Below are positions 40,577 through 50,559 of a stretch of DNA of 54,272 bases, one piece after another (position 1 is the stretch's first letter; every line of letters begins with the position of its first letter). A program made the position numbers and the translations under genes. The stretch is taken from positions 1 through 54,272 of IMG/VR virus record IMGVR_UViG_3300012663_000565, one strand, 5' to 3'. Origin of the DNA: a virus. Lineage: Duplodnaviria; Caudoviricetes. Below the pieces are notes generated by a model, which worked only from the letters and a program-made list of their open reading frames with translations, searched no databases and was not told the DNA's origin.

Positions 40577-42553
40577 TTATTCCCCGTTGGTAGGCTTTGT
40601 TGGGTTAAATGTGTCTGATAACGTTGAGTAAGTCTTCCACAGCTCAGCCGAGGTAGAGATTGTATCAGACGTAGACTTGTCTTGCGGTTTATCAATATCT
40701 GTTACATCAATTGCAATTACATCCTTTGCAATTGCCATATCACCGGTGCCTGGTTCAGAAGCAAGTTGTTTAGACTTAAACACATATTCAGCATATCTTC
40801 CATCTATATCTCGATCTGTTTTATCGTTATAGTATGCTATAGGATCTAAGTTTTCATGCTGTGGGTATGGTTCTGCTGTTGGAATCCTTCGCATAATTGA
40901 TCTAAAGTAATCTTCTTCTTTTTCTGCATTTTCATCTTTAGTAGTATCAACCGGAGCATGCCTAGGAGTAGCATGGGTCACTAATCTTCTAGGATATTCT
41001 GTATTTTCAATTTTAACTGCAATTGGCGCTGTTTCTGTTTCAGCAGCAACAGCATTGCCAGAATTTAAATGAATCTCTCCGCCGTCAATGTTTGTGCCTG
41101 CTGATGTGATATCAGTTATTCCGCCTGAAGAAAATGTGTGTAATCCTACAGAGTTAATAATTGTATCAGCACCGCTATAAATTTCAACTCCGGCAAAACC
41201 TGTAAATCTACTCTTACCAACTGTGTTCTGATTATGATCACCAACTACTGTAACATTAAGATTTGCGTCTAATGTTACGTTCATATCTCCTACAATTCGA
41301 TGTTTAAATTTACCTTCATAAGTTTTAAATACATCTTTTTGCACATTTTCTAATAAATTCTTTTCAACAATTAACACTTGATTACCTAATACATGAGTGT
41401 GCATTTCTCCAAAGCCTTCACCTAAGTCGTCTTTTAAAACATTTGTGCCTACTTTTGTATTAAAGTTTCTGCCAGCTTCAATGTTAACGTCACGTTCTGC
41501 AAAAAAATTAAGATCTTTTTCAGTGTGAATGTTAATACTATCTTGAGCATAGATGTCAATTTTTCCATCACTAGTAAATTCTATCCAGCTAGTGCCACGA
41601 GAGTTAGTAATATAAATTAAGTCTTCGCTATTGTGCATCAATATCTGATGCCCGGTACGTGTTCGAACTCTAAACAATTCGTTATGGGGAATGTCTGGTA
41701 ATCCTTCTTCTTCATTTTCAACGCTTGCATACTCAGGACCGCCCGGATCTGCCTCTGGACCGCCACCAGGTTTCTTTTTACGTTGAAACGCAGCGTCACC
41801 GTCATCCATAACAAATGTAGTTCCGCCAAGACGGCTTACAAATGCATTAGGAAACTGACTTTCAAGTTGTCCAACTGCTCCTTTTTTAGCCCCCGGGCGT
41901 TTGTCTACAGGGCCAGGAGTAGATATTCCAAATACCATGCTAGGAGCTTCGCGGCGAGCACTACTACTAGTAATTCCTCGAATATCGTCTAACATTAATC
42001 CCTGCGCTTCAAGCACATCAGCAATTAAATGTTTAGGTTTTTTTAATTTTGTTTGACTACCAGTTGTATTGTTTTCAGTTATTGATTTATTGTATTCAGC
42101 AACAGGCAGTCTAGTTGGTTTACTTTCATAATCGTCAGCGTCACCTTCAACAAACGCTTCTGTTGCCGCCAAACCCGGCACACTAAAATTCATATACGCA
42201 TCTGGGACACACCCAATCCAATAACCTTTACTAGGGTCACCGTTAATGAATATAACCAACACAGTTGTTCCTACGTCTGGTGGGCAAAACCACATACCGT
42301 AACTTTTTTGTGTATTATTATAATCGTTAGGATCTTCGGCAGTGTAGTCAAATCCGGTACTGCCAAAAAATGACGACATCATTTCTACTTGTTGTATCTG
42401 TGTTGCTGAATCAGTATTACCTGCACCTGGACGTATTAGAGAAACTTCTAATACACCCATGTATGACGGATCAACATGGCTTACAATTCTTGCAAGACAG
42501 GGATACGCAGGTAGTGCTTCGCCAGCGCCGCTGTTTATATCTTCATTGGCCAT
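40577..42553 (-). CDS. Baseplate central spike, gp5/VgrG-like (OB fold plus beta-helix)
   Basis: DPSYMGVLEV, YGMWFCPPDVGTTVLVIF.NGD, RTRTGHQILM, GKIDIYA, then beta-helix-like repeats. It lies next to gp25. Confidence 0.75.
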   Translation of the reverse strand: MANEDINSGAGEALPAYPCLARIVSHVDPSYMGVLEVSLIRPGAGNTDSATQIQQVEMMSSFFGSTGFDYTAEDPNDYNNTQKSYGMWFCPPDVGTTVLVIFINGDPSKGYWIGCVPDAYMNFSVPGLAATEAFVEGDADDYESKPTRLPVAEYNKSITENNTTGSQTKLKKPKHLIADVLEAQGLMLDDIRGITSSSARREAPSMVFGISTPGPVDKRPGAKKGAVGQLESQFPNAFVSRLGGTTFVMDDGDAAFQRKKKPGGGPEADPGGPEYASVENEEEGLPDIPHNELFRVRTRTGHQILMHNSEDLIYITNSRGTSWIEFTSDGKIDIYAQDSINIHTEKDLNFFAERDVNIEAGRNFNTKVGTNVLKDDLGEGFGEMHTHVLGNQVLIVEKNLLENVQKDVFKTYEGKFKHRIVGDMNVTLDANLNVTVVGDHNQNTVGKSRFTGFAGVEIYSGADTIINSVGLHTFSSGGITDITSAGTNIDGGEIHLNSGNAVAAETETAPIAVKIENTEYPRRLVTHATPRHAPVDTTKDENAEKEEDYFRSIMRRIPTAEPYPQHENLDPIAYYNDKTDRDIDGRYAEYVFKSKQLASEPGTGDMAIAKDVIAIDVTDIDKPQDKSTSDTISTSAELWKTYSTLSDTFNPTKPTNGE

Positions 42554-42586
42554 TCTTATCCTTTATGGGTGAGTAGTTTAGACTAA

Positions 42587-44887
42587 TCATACTAGCCCTT
42601 CACCACGTTCGTTTGTTGCATAACTTTCAGATGCTGCTGCTGCTGGAGCTGCATTAGTCAGTTGAGCTTTAGAAGTTACTAGCTTATTAGCGTTTGCCGG
42701 TAGATCGCTGTCTTGTCCTTGGCGTCTATTTCCAACTAATGTTTGTGTAAACTTTCCGCCTTTAAATGTACTAGTAATTGTTGTTAATTTATATAATCCA
42801 CTAAACATTTTGTTTAGCAGGGTATTCTTCATATCGTAGAATCCAGTATTTTGATTAATATCAGCTGGGGTCCTAAAATTGATAATAATGTCTGCTTCAC
42901 CGTTTTGGTAATTAATATTTTTATCTTTAGTTACGTTGATAGCCGATGTTTGATCAGCTGTATAATTACCAGATCCGCTGTTGGCAATGTAATAAGGATC
43001 GCCAACAATGTCAATTGTAATATTCATCATGTCCATGCCAGTTATCATTGCATCGTGAAATAATCTAGCTGCTCTAGTTGCCGCATCTTCGCCCTTTGAA
43101 CCGCCTCGGCTTTGTGTTGACGATCCAGTTGCAACGTTTTTTGCTTGGCCTGGCAACGCACCTGTGACAGGTTGGCCGCCGGTTGGGGGAATCAAAGCAA
43201 CTTTGTCATTTGATCCGGCAGAGTTATTTTCTACGCCTGCATCTTTACTAGCTTCTGCTACCTCACCTAGATTATAGTTGTCTGCAGAAAATACTTGATA
43301 AAATGTATTTGAAATATCAATATCAAACTTTAATACTTGAGTATTATTACCTGTATAGATATAATCGTACACTTTTGCACATTGTTTTTTTAATTGAGCA
43401 ATACCCGGAATTGCTGCATTAGGAGGTGCCATTCTGCTGGCATGCACTTGGTACGGGACCACTCTATAAACGTGTAACTTTGGCATTGTGCCAGTTTGTG
43501 TTAAGTTTGCTTTGGTAGGAATATAATATGTTTGCACATCTATTCTCCACCATGGACGCATGCCTTCTTTGCTTATCTGCGAAGGATCAAGAGCAGCTTT
43601 AGCAACATCACTTTTAAGCAATACTTGATTTATTGCATTAACTATATCGCTGTTTTGAGAAAATTTAAAATCAACAAATCCTGCAGGAGGTGCGTTGACT
43701 TCTGCACGAATTTGATTACCTTTTTCATCAAAGGTGTTATTAACAGCATTAAACGATTGACTTTGCGGTCTAGTCTCATCGTATCCTAACTTAGCTTTTC
43801 CTATAGCATTACATATGCCGTCGCCTTGTACCAGTGTCTTGTTGATACTACTTCTTGAAACACCTAATTTGGCAAATACTTTAGGATCATTAATACTAGC
43901 ATCAATATTTAAAGTAGATGTTGTGTCATCTTCTTTAACTGCACTAGTTGATAATGCAGCACCCGACACTGGGGCGCTTGATATATTTGTTGGAAATATA
44001 ATTACTACTTCGTCTGGAACTGTAACTATTTTTTGATTTTTTTGTTGTGTTTGTCTAGCATTTAATGCAGCTTGTAAACTGTTTTCTCCAGTTTGTAAAA
44101 TTTCTTGTACAGTTCTACCTTTAATTGTAATATCACTTTTTAAATTTCTAACAGAATCTGCTAAAGATTGTGCGTTTGCCGGAACGCCTTTGCAAGTATA
44201 CACACTGCCACCGTTTGATACTTTAACGCTCATAGTGTTAAAGTTAAAAGGAATGTATTTTTTTGTATTTTGTATTGCTTTAAAATTTCCTGTTTGATCT
44301 TGTCCACGAAATTCTACCATTAGCAAATATGGGGCTTCATTAAAGTTTCGGTATCCTGCTTGATATGCAGCTTGTTGGATAGCAATCATAAACTGGCCCA
44401 TGCTATATGGTTCAACAATGGTAAAATCAAGATTTGTACTGTTAGTGTTACCTGTGCTTTTTTCAAATCCGTATTGCCCTGTAATTACTAGATCAGAACA
44501 AAAGAAATCAAACTTTCCAGCTTTAGTTGTAATCCTGTTTCCAGGACTAGCACTACCGCCTTTAAAAATCAACGGAGGAAGTTTACCTGCCAAATATGAA
44601 GTATCTGGAAAATTGTAATCAGCAGGAGTTAAGCATCCCATGCTTATAATATAATCATAAGTTGCAAAATCGTTTAATGGATTAGGCATTGGTAGTTTAT
44701 AGGGCGATGGAATTAAATTTAATCCGCCACTTAATATATTACCAATGCTTCCGCTGATACCGCTAATTGCGCCGTTAACAGAATCAAGTATACCCGTAAG
44801 GCCAGCGACTGGGCCGCCTTGAGTAAAACTGCTTACTGTGTCTTTGGCACTATTAACTAAATTAGTAACCGAACCTAAATCTGCCAT
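42587..44887 (-). CDS. Baseplate hub-like protein (gp27/gpD position)
   Basis: FTIVEPYS, IDIVGDPYY, FSGLYKLTTITSTFKGGKFTQTL at the C-terminus; lies between gp53-like and gp5-like genes. Confidence 0.6.
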   Translation of the reverse strand: MADLGSVTNLVNSAKDTVSSFTQGGPVAGLTGILDSVNGAISGISGSIGNILSGGLNLIPSPYKLPMPNPLNDFATYDYIISMGCLTPADYNFPDTSYLAGKLPPLIFKGGSASPGNRITTKAGKFDFFCSDLVITGQYGFEKSTGNTNSTNLDFTIVEPYSMGQFMIAIQQAAYQAGYRNFNEAPYLLMVEFRGQDQTGNFKAIQNTKKYIPFNFNTMSVKVSNGGSVYTCKGVPANAQSLADSVRNLKSDITIKGRTVQEILQTGENSLQAALNARQTQQKNQKIVTVPDEVVIIFPTNISSAPVSGAALSTSAVKEDDTTSTLNIDASINDPKVFAKLGVSRSSINKTLVQGDGICNAIGKAKLGYDETRPQSQSFNAVNNTFDEKGNQIRAEVNAPPAGFVDFKFSQNSDIVNAINQVLLKSDVAKAALDPSQISKEGMRPWWRIDVQTYYIPTKANLTQTGTMPKLHVYRVVPYQVHASRMAPPNAAIPGIAQLKKQCAKVYDYIYTGNNTQVLKFDIDISNTFYQVFSADNYNLGEVAEASKDAGVENNSAGSNDKVALIPPTGGQPVTGALPGQAKNVATGSSTQSRGGSKGEDAATRAARLFHDAMITGMDMMNITIDIVGDPYYIANSGSGNYTADQTSAINVTKDKNINYQNGEADIIINFRTPADINQNTGFYDMKNTLLNKMFSGLYKLTTITSTFKGGKFTQTLVGNRRQGQDSDLPANANKLVTSKAQLTNAAPAAAASESYATNERGEGLV

Positions 44888-44888
44888 A

Positions 44889-45191
44889 TTATATTCCTAA
44901 TACTGATCGGAGGCTTGAATTTTTAGGTAGATATATTTTTGTACCTACGGTAAAATCAAATATTGGGTCTTGTAGTACATCCATATTACGCTGAACAAAT
45001 ACCCACCACAGATTCGAATCGCCATATAAGTCATATGCTAGCAAATCTGGGCGTTGATGATGTGGTGCTTTAATAGTATATAATATATCGTCGGGTTCTG
45101 AGCTTACAGGTCTGATTGACAGTACATCTAAATAGTCGTTAGTAATTACAGTGTTGGCCCACGGGCTTGAAGTGTTATATTGTGCTGTCAT
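44889..45191 (-). CDS. Baseplate wedge gp53-like/LysM-like protein
   Basis: RPDLLAYDLYGDSNLWWVFVQRN...IYLP. Start set at ATG 45191, just after the upstream stop. Confidence 0.8.
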   Translation of the reverse strand: MTAQYNTSSPWANTVITNDYLDVLSIRPVSSEPDDILYTIKAPHHQRPDLLAYDLYGDSNLWWVFVQRNMDVLQDPIFDFTVGTKIYLPKNSSLRSVLGI

Positions 45192-45192
45192 A

Positions 45193-46143
45193 TTATACGT
45201 ATCCAAAAGAATCCGAAGTATAACCTCCAGATACAAATCTATCTAAACTAAACTTACGAACACTAGTTCTGCTGTACATTGGTACTAGTGTAATTGTAAA
45301 TGTACTTTTTGTTGGCACATAGGCTGTGCCTGCTGCGGTAGAACCGCCAACGCCTGCGGCTGCTGCAAAACTTGTAACCGTTGATGCAAGTTCGGCAACA
45401 CTAGATACTGCTGATGTAATTGCACCTAACTCAGGAATTGCACTACCTAATGCTCCTGATAAGCCCCCTACTGCATCTGCAATATCAGCTATTTCTCCCA
45501 TTGTTGTACCTCGAACATCGCAACCAATATAATCACAATCTTTTTGTAATTGTAATTGGAACTGCGTAATTGCTACAGGGATATTTTTAAAAACATAATT
45601 TCCATAGCCATTAAGAAACACAATAGGAGGGGGGTTACCGGCTCGGGCATCAAATCCCGTAAACATTTTTGTAACTGAACGACAATAGTGCAATGCAGCG
45701 ATCCAATATAGTGCCTGTGTTTTATCTTCAACGTTCATCGGCGCTGTAATTTGAATAGTTCCGGGATTACTACCTTCGTATGCCTGGAACGGATAATTAT
45801 TGTGTACGGGGGCAACAGGACTATACTTTGCACTGCTACTTAGTGTAATGTCAGGAGTATATGGGAATACTAATCCGCCAGCTTCTTTAAGAGGGGCTAA
45901 AACGGGACTACTTCTAAAGCTATTCCACTTTGGAATACTTAACCTAACACGCCAATCGTTACTGTTGTTGTCGTCACTGAAAGAGGATAATGCATTGATA
46001 ATGTCGAGCCCTGCTTCTGCACCAGCCGTTAGTCCAGCCAATCCCAATCGTCCTGCACTAAGGTCGCCAAGCGCACCAACAGCGCCGCTTACTGTGCTCA
46101 CTGTATTTGATACGTTGCCCAATGTGGTGATAATACCTGTCAT
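45193..46143 (-). CDS. Baseplate-tail tube junction protein (gp48/gp54-like)
   Basis: GLVFPYTP, HNNYPF, GNPPPIVFLNGYG..VFKNIPV.IT.F; first gene of the baseplate operon. Confidence 0.6.
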   Translation of the reverse strand: MTGIITTLGNVSNTVSTVSGAVGALGDLSAGRLGLAGLTAGAEAGLDIINALSSFSDDNNSNDWRVRLSIPKWNSFRSSPVLAPLKEAGGLVFPYTPDITLSSSAKYSPVAPVHNNYPFQAYEGSNPGTIQITAPMNVEDKTQALYWIAALHYCRSVTKMFTGFDARAGNPPPIVFLNGYGNYVFKNIPVAITQFQLQLQKDCDYIGCDVRGTTMGEIADIADAVGGLSGALGSAIPELGAITSAVSSVAELASTVTSFAAAAGVGGSTAAGTAYVPTKSTFTITLVPMYSRTSVRKFSLDRFVSGGYTSDSFGYV

Positions 46144-46164
46144 AATAATTTCCTCTTTGGCAAG

Positions 46165-46171
46165 TATTTAT
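46165..46171 (-). promoter_or_regulatory. Late promoter-like box for the baseplate operon
   Basis: ATAAATA on the minus strand, 22 nt upstream of ATG 46143 (GAGG RBS). Confidence 0.65.
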
Positions 46172-46200
46172 TTGCTTTTATTATGTACATAGTTTATAAT
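46172..46200 (+). promoter_or_regulatory. sigma70-type promoter for the gp55-gp47-gp46 operon
   Basis: TTGCTT (46172-46177), 17 bp, TATAAT (46195-46200). Confidence 0.7.
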
Positions 46201-46223
46201 ATAACATCCGGAGAATAGAATTA

Positions 46224-47078
46224 ATGACATTAATACCAAAGACACCCAAGGTTAATTACCTCAACAACAAAGATATGTTGCTCGAAATACATCGGAGCAA
46301 AAGCTCATACTGTAGTTTTACTGATCCAAAGTATCATCAATATGACATTATTTTGCCAAGTTTAGACAAAATAAACATACGTACAGTAGCAGAAGCTAAA
46401 AGGAATCAGGCTAAAAGAATAGGAGATTTGGATTATTCTACTCGTAAAAAAGCCGGTGAAAAAGTCAAGCAAGCCGACTGCGAAGTGGACTATAAGAAGA
46501 TTGCCAAGACAGATTTAGTCTTTAGAATCATGACGTTTGATCATATTCCGCTTAACGGGACTCGCAAAAAGAATCCTAAAAGCCTAGCAGATCATAGAGA
46601 TAAAGTTAACTTTCCACCTTTTCAACATTTTAAATTTAACGATGCTGATGAATTAATTTGTGTGGGCAAGAGTCACTGGAAGGGTGATTTGATTAAAGGT
46701 AAATTTGACAAAGATGCTGGCCAAATTACTCCAACATTAGCAAGAATGATGTTAAAATTATGCGAGAGGTATGCTACTCGCGGCAACGTTCGCGGCTACA
46801 CATATAATGACGAAATGAAAGGGCAAGCTATACTACAGTTAACACAAATTGGTTTGCAATTTGATGAAAGTAAATCGGATAATCCGTTTGCTTATTTTAC
46901 TGCGGCAGTTACAAATAGTTTTGTCCGTGTAATTAACCTCGAAAAACGCAATCAAAATATTCGAGATGACATTTTAGAAATGAATGGTATGAATCCGAGT
47001 TATAGTCGAACTGGTCAGGGCGAGCATGAAGCTGCACTGAAACGCCACGCGGCAGAAAGTGAGGGGCCTAGTGAGTAA
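46224..47078 (+). CDS. Late-transcription sigma factor, T4 gp55-like
   Basis: NYLNNKDML, GYTYNDEM, FDESKSDNPFAYFT; canonical 55-47-46 gene order. Confidence 0.85.
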   Translation: MTLIPKTPKVNYLNNKDMLLEIHRSKSSYCSFTDPKYHQYDIILPSLDKINIRTVAEAKRNQAKRIGDLDYSTRKKAGEKVKQADCEVDYKKIAKTDLVFRIMTFDHIPLNGTRKKNPKSLADHRDKVNFPPFQHFKFNDADELICVGKSHWKGDLIKGKFDKDAGQITPTLARMMLKLCERYATRGNVRGYTYNDEMKGQAILQLTQIGLQFDESKSDNPFAYFTAAVTNSFVRVINLEKRNQNIRDDILEMNGMNPSYSRTGQGEHEAALKRHAAESEGPSE

Positions 47079-48084
47079 TTTATTTAAAAAAGTAGCCTGT
47101 TTTACAGACATACACTTTGGTTTAAAATCAAATAGTAGTGTACATAATCAAGACTGCGAAGAATTTGTAGACTGGTACATTGCTAAAGCCAAGGAGGAAG
47201 GGTGTGACACTGGAATTTTTATGGGCGATTGGCATCACAATCGCAACAGTCTTAATATTACTACTATGGACTATAGCCTTAGAGCCCTTGAGAAACTGGG
47301 ACAGGCTTTCGATAAGTTTTATTTCTTTCCTGGTAATCATGATCTTTACTACAAAGATAAGCGGGACATCCACAGCGTTGAATTCGGAAAGTATATTCCT
47401 GGCATCACTGTGGTACACGAGCCCACTACTATTGGTGACGTTACTTTATGTCCTTGGCTCGTTGGGGACGAATGGCGATCAATAGGTAAGAATGGTGGCA
47501 AGTATATCTTTGGACACTTCGAGTTACCTAGCTTCTTTATGAACGCCATGGTGCAAATGCCGGATCACGGTGAAATCCAACTCGATAGCTTTCAAAATTA
47601 TGAGTTAGGATTTAGCGGACACTTTCATAAACGTCAGCAACGTCAAAATATGATTTATATTGGCAATGCTTTTCCACACAACTATGCAGATGCATGGGAT
47701 GACGAACGTGGCATGATGATTTTAGAGTGGGACGGCACACCAGAATATCATTCTTGGCCTGGGCAACCTACATTCCGCACAGTTACACTTAGCCGATTAA
47801 TCGACGAAGCAGATACGTTGATATTGCCTAAGCAACACTTACGTGTTACACTAGATATTGATATTAGCTACGAAGAAGCTAGTTTTATTAAAGAAAAATT
47901 CATTTCAGATTATAACATTCGAGAGTTAACGTTAATTGCCGAAAAGAAAGAAACTGAAATTAATACTAATATTGATATCCAGTCGTTCGAGTCAGTTGAT
48001 CAGATTGTGTCCAGTCAACTTGTAAACATCGACTCCGACACGTATAATAAGAACACGTTACTAGCAATTTATAATAGCCTATGA
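47071..48084 (+). CDS. Recombination nuclease, gp47/Mre11/SbcD-like
   Basis: Metallophosphoesterase motifs DIHFG, GDWHH, GNHD, GH and SGHFH. GTG 47071 with a GAGG RBS is preferred as start. Confidence 0.92.
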   Translation: MSNLFKKVACFTDIHFGLKSNSSVHNQDCEEFVDWYIAKAKEEGCDTGIFMGDWHHNRNSLNITTMDYSLRALEKLGQAFDKFYFFPGNHDLYYKDKRDIHSVEFGKYIPGITVVHEPTTIGDVTLCPWLVGDEWRSIGKNGGKYIFGHFELPSFFMNAMVQMPDHGEIQLDSFQNYELGFSGHFHKRQQRQNMIYIGNAFPHNYADAWDDERGMMILEWDGTPEYHSWPGQPTFRTVTLSRLIDEADTLILPKQHLRVTLDIDISYEEASFIKEKFISDYNIRELTLIAEKKETEINTNIDIQSFESVDQIVSSQLVNIDSDTYNKNTLLAIYNSL

Positions 48085-49856
48085 TCAAGATAAAAGATTT
48101 AACAGTAAAAAACTTCATGAGTGTAGGTAATCAAACTCAGGCTGTTGATTTTAGTAAAGAAAACTTAACACTTGTGCTGGGAGAAAACTTAGATCAAGGT
48201 GGAGATGACAGCGGATCACGAAACGGAACTGGCAAAACAACAATTGTCAATGCATTAAGTTTTGCACTATTCGGCAATGCTTTAACAAATATTAAAAAAG
48301 ATAACCTAATTAACAAAATTAACAATAAGAATATGTTAGTTACGTTGTCTTTTGATAAAGACGGACAAAGTTATCGCATTGAACGTGGGCGTAAACCTAC
48401 ATTAATGAAGTTCTATGTCAACGACGAAGAGCAAACTACTGAAGAAACAGATGATGCTCAAGGCGACATGCGTGAAACACAAAAGGACTTAGACGATTTG
48501 TTGGGCATGAGTCATGATATGTTTAAACATATTGTTGCACTTAACACTTATACAGAACCGTTTCTAAGTATGCGGGCGGCAGATCAGCGAGTTATTATTG
48601 AACAGTTGCTGGGCATTACACTACTTTCTGAAAAAGCAGACACATTAAAAGAACTTATTAGACAAACTAAAGATAATATTTTGCAAGAAAGTGCAAATAT
48701 TGAAGCAACTAAGAAAAGCAATGAAAAAATTCAATTAAGTATTGACAGTTTACTCACTAGACAAACTGCTTGGAACGTCCAACAAGAAACCGATTTAGAA
48801 AAAATTGGACGGGCTATTATCGAATTAGAAAGTGTAGATATTGAAGCAGAGATTACTGCTCATGCTGAACTTAAAAAATATTTAGATTATACTGCTAAAA
48901 TTAAGAGTCTTAACAAAGAAAAAGCTACATTAGAAAGTGCTACTGCACAAGCAGAACGTAGTGTAAAAAAATATACATCTGAGTTAGCAGCATTAGATGG
49001 AAAGAAATGTCATGCATGTGAGCAAGACTTGCATGATCATAAGCACGAAGAGTTGTTTACTAAAGCTACATCTCATTTAGCAGAAGCACAAAAGTATTTG
49101 GACAAAGTTACTGCTGATCTTAAAAAGATTGTTGATGAGATCGGTACCGATGACGCTCCAGTTCGACCAGATACTTATTACGACACTGTTGAACAAGCAC
49201 TTAAACATCAGAATAATCTTAAGACGTTAGAAACTAATTTAACAATTAAAGCAGGTGAAACAGATCCGTATCAAGAACAAATTGACGAACTGCTCAATAC
49301 TGCCATGCAAGATGTTACGTGGGATACTGTTAACGAGCTTAATACACTAAAAGAACATCAAGAGTTCTTGCTAAAATTGTTGACTTCCAAGGATTCGTTT
49401 ATCCGTAAAAAGATCATAGATCAAAACCTAGCATATTTGAACAATCGCTTGACTTATTACCTTGATAAGATGGGATTGCCTCATACAGTATTGTTCCAGA
49501 ACGATTTAACTGTTGAGATCACCCAGCTAGGGCAAGATTTAGACTTTGATAATCTAAGTCGAGGTGAGCGGAATAGACTTATCCTTGGTTTGTCATGGGC
49601 ATTCCGTGATGTATGGGAAAGTTTGTATCAAAGTATTAACTTATTGTTTGTTGACGAGCTTATTGATAACGGATTAGATGCATCTGGAGTTGAGGGCGCA
49701 CTGGCTGTTCTTAAAAAGATGGGTCGTGAACGCAAAAAGAACATATTCTTGATTAGCCACAAGGACGAATTAATCGGTCGTGTTAACAACGTACTGCGAG
49801 TTATTAAAGAAAACGGCTTCACTTCATATGCAAACGATTTAGAAGTTAATGAATAA
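48081..49856 (+). CDS. Recombination ATPase, gp46/Rad50/SbcC-like
   Basis: Walker A NGTGKT, coiled coil with CHAC zinc hook, LSRGE signature, Walker B LFVDE, ISH. Confidence 0.93.
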   Translation: MIKIKDLTVKNFMSVGNQTQAVDFSKENLTLVLGENLDQGGDDSGSRNGTGKTTIVNALSFALFGNALTNIKKDNLINKINNKNMLVTLSFDKDGQSYRIERGRKPTLMKFYVNDEEQTTEETDDAQGDMRETQKDLDDLLGMSHDMFKHIVALNTYTEPFLSMRAADQRVIIEQLLGITLLSEKADTLKELIRQTKDNILQESANIEATKKSNEKIQLSIDSLLTRQTAWNVQQETDLEKIGRAIIELESVDIEAEITAHAELKKYLDYTAKIKSLNKEKATLESATAQAERSVKKYTSELAALDGKKCHACEQDLHDHKHEELFTKATSHLAEAQKYLDKVTADLKKIVDEIGTDDAPVRPDTYYDTVEQALKHQNNLKTLETNLTIKAGETDPYQEQIDELLNTAMQDVTWDTVNELNTLKEHQEFLLKLLTSKDSFIRKKIIDQNLAYLNNRLTYYLDKMGLPHTVLFQNDLTVEITQLGQDLDFDNLSRGERNRLILGLSWAFRDVWESLYQSINLLFVDELIDNGLDASGVEGALAVLKKMGRERKKNIFLISHKDELIGRVNNVLRVIKENGFTSYANDLEVNE

Positions 49857-50120
49857 ATGCATCAAGACGAAGAACTACATGCTCAATTATTAGCGGAATT
49901 CCGAATTTACTTTGCGGAAAACCAAAAATGGTTATCGGAAGGCACTAAGGCCAGCGCAATTAGACTGCGACAAAGCCTTAGTGAGATTCGTCGCATCTGT
50001 TCTCAGAGGCGTGTAGTTATTCGTGAATGGTCAATTGAAAAAGAAGAAGAATTAAGGCAAAAAGAAGCAGCAAGGCAGGCTCAAAAACAACAGGCTCAAG
50101 GAAGTAATGATGCTAACTAA
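49857..50120 (+). CDS. Small helical protein, histone H1-like Hc1 family-like
   Basis: ENQKW..GTKASAIRLRQSLSEI resembles the Hc1 G.KAA..R.R..L motif. Confidence 0.55.
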   Translation: MHQDEELHAQLLAEFRIYFAENQKWLSEGTKASAIRLRQSLSEIRRICSQRRVVIREWSIEKEEELRQKEAARQAQKQQAQGSNDAN

Positions 50121-50123
50121 AGC

Positions 50124-50549
50124 ATGTCATGGACTTATCAAAATGAAATCGTAGAAACGCTTCCCGAGGATTGTGTTGGTTTCGTGTACTTGATAACAAA
50201 TGACATCTCTGGCAGAAAGTATATAGGCAAAAAATTAGCCAAGTTCGCTAAAACATCTTACAAGGTGGTTAAGCTCAAGAACGGAACTAAGAAAAAGAAG
50301 AAGATTCGTAGCAAGATTGACAGCGATTGGAGAGATTATTATGGCTCCAGCGATGCGTTGACAAAAGACATAGAAACACTAGGCAAAGAAAACTTCAGTA
50401 GAGAAATCCTATATTACTGCACATCCAAGGCGCAATGCTCTTACATCGAGGCCAGAGAACAATTCACAAACAAAGTTCTAGAAAGCAATGACTGGTATAA
50501 CGGACACATAGCTGTTCGTGTACATGGTTCACATATATTAAAATCATAG
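50124..50549 (+). CDS. GIY-YIG family nuclease (single domain)
   Basis: GFVYLITN..SGRKYIGKK, YYGSS, FSREIL, conserved E (YIEARE) and WYN; Lys-rich insertion. Confidence 0.8.
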   Translation: MSWTYQNEIVETLPEDCVGFVYLITNDISGRKYIGKKLAKFAKTSYKVVKLKNGTKKKKKIRSKIDSDWRDYYGSSDALTKDIETLGKENFSREILYYCTSKAQCSYIEAREQFTNKVLESNDWYNGHIAVRVHGSHILKS

Positions 50550-50559
50550 GCTCACTAGC

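Noticed and set aside
50124-50549. GIY-YIG gene as a mobile, intron-encoded homing endonuclease
   Set aside because: It is free-standing and single-domain, with no NUMOD or HTH tail, and it does not interrupt a gene. Mobility cannot be supported from this window.
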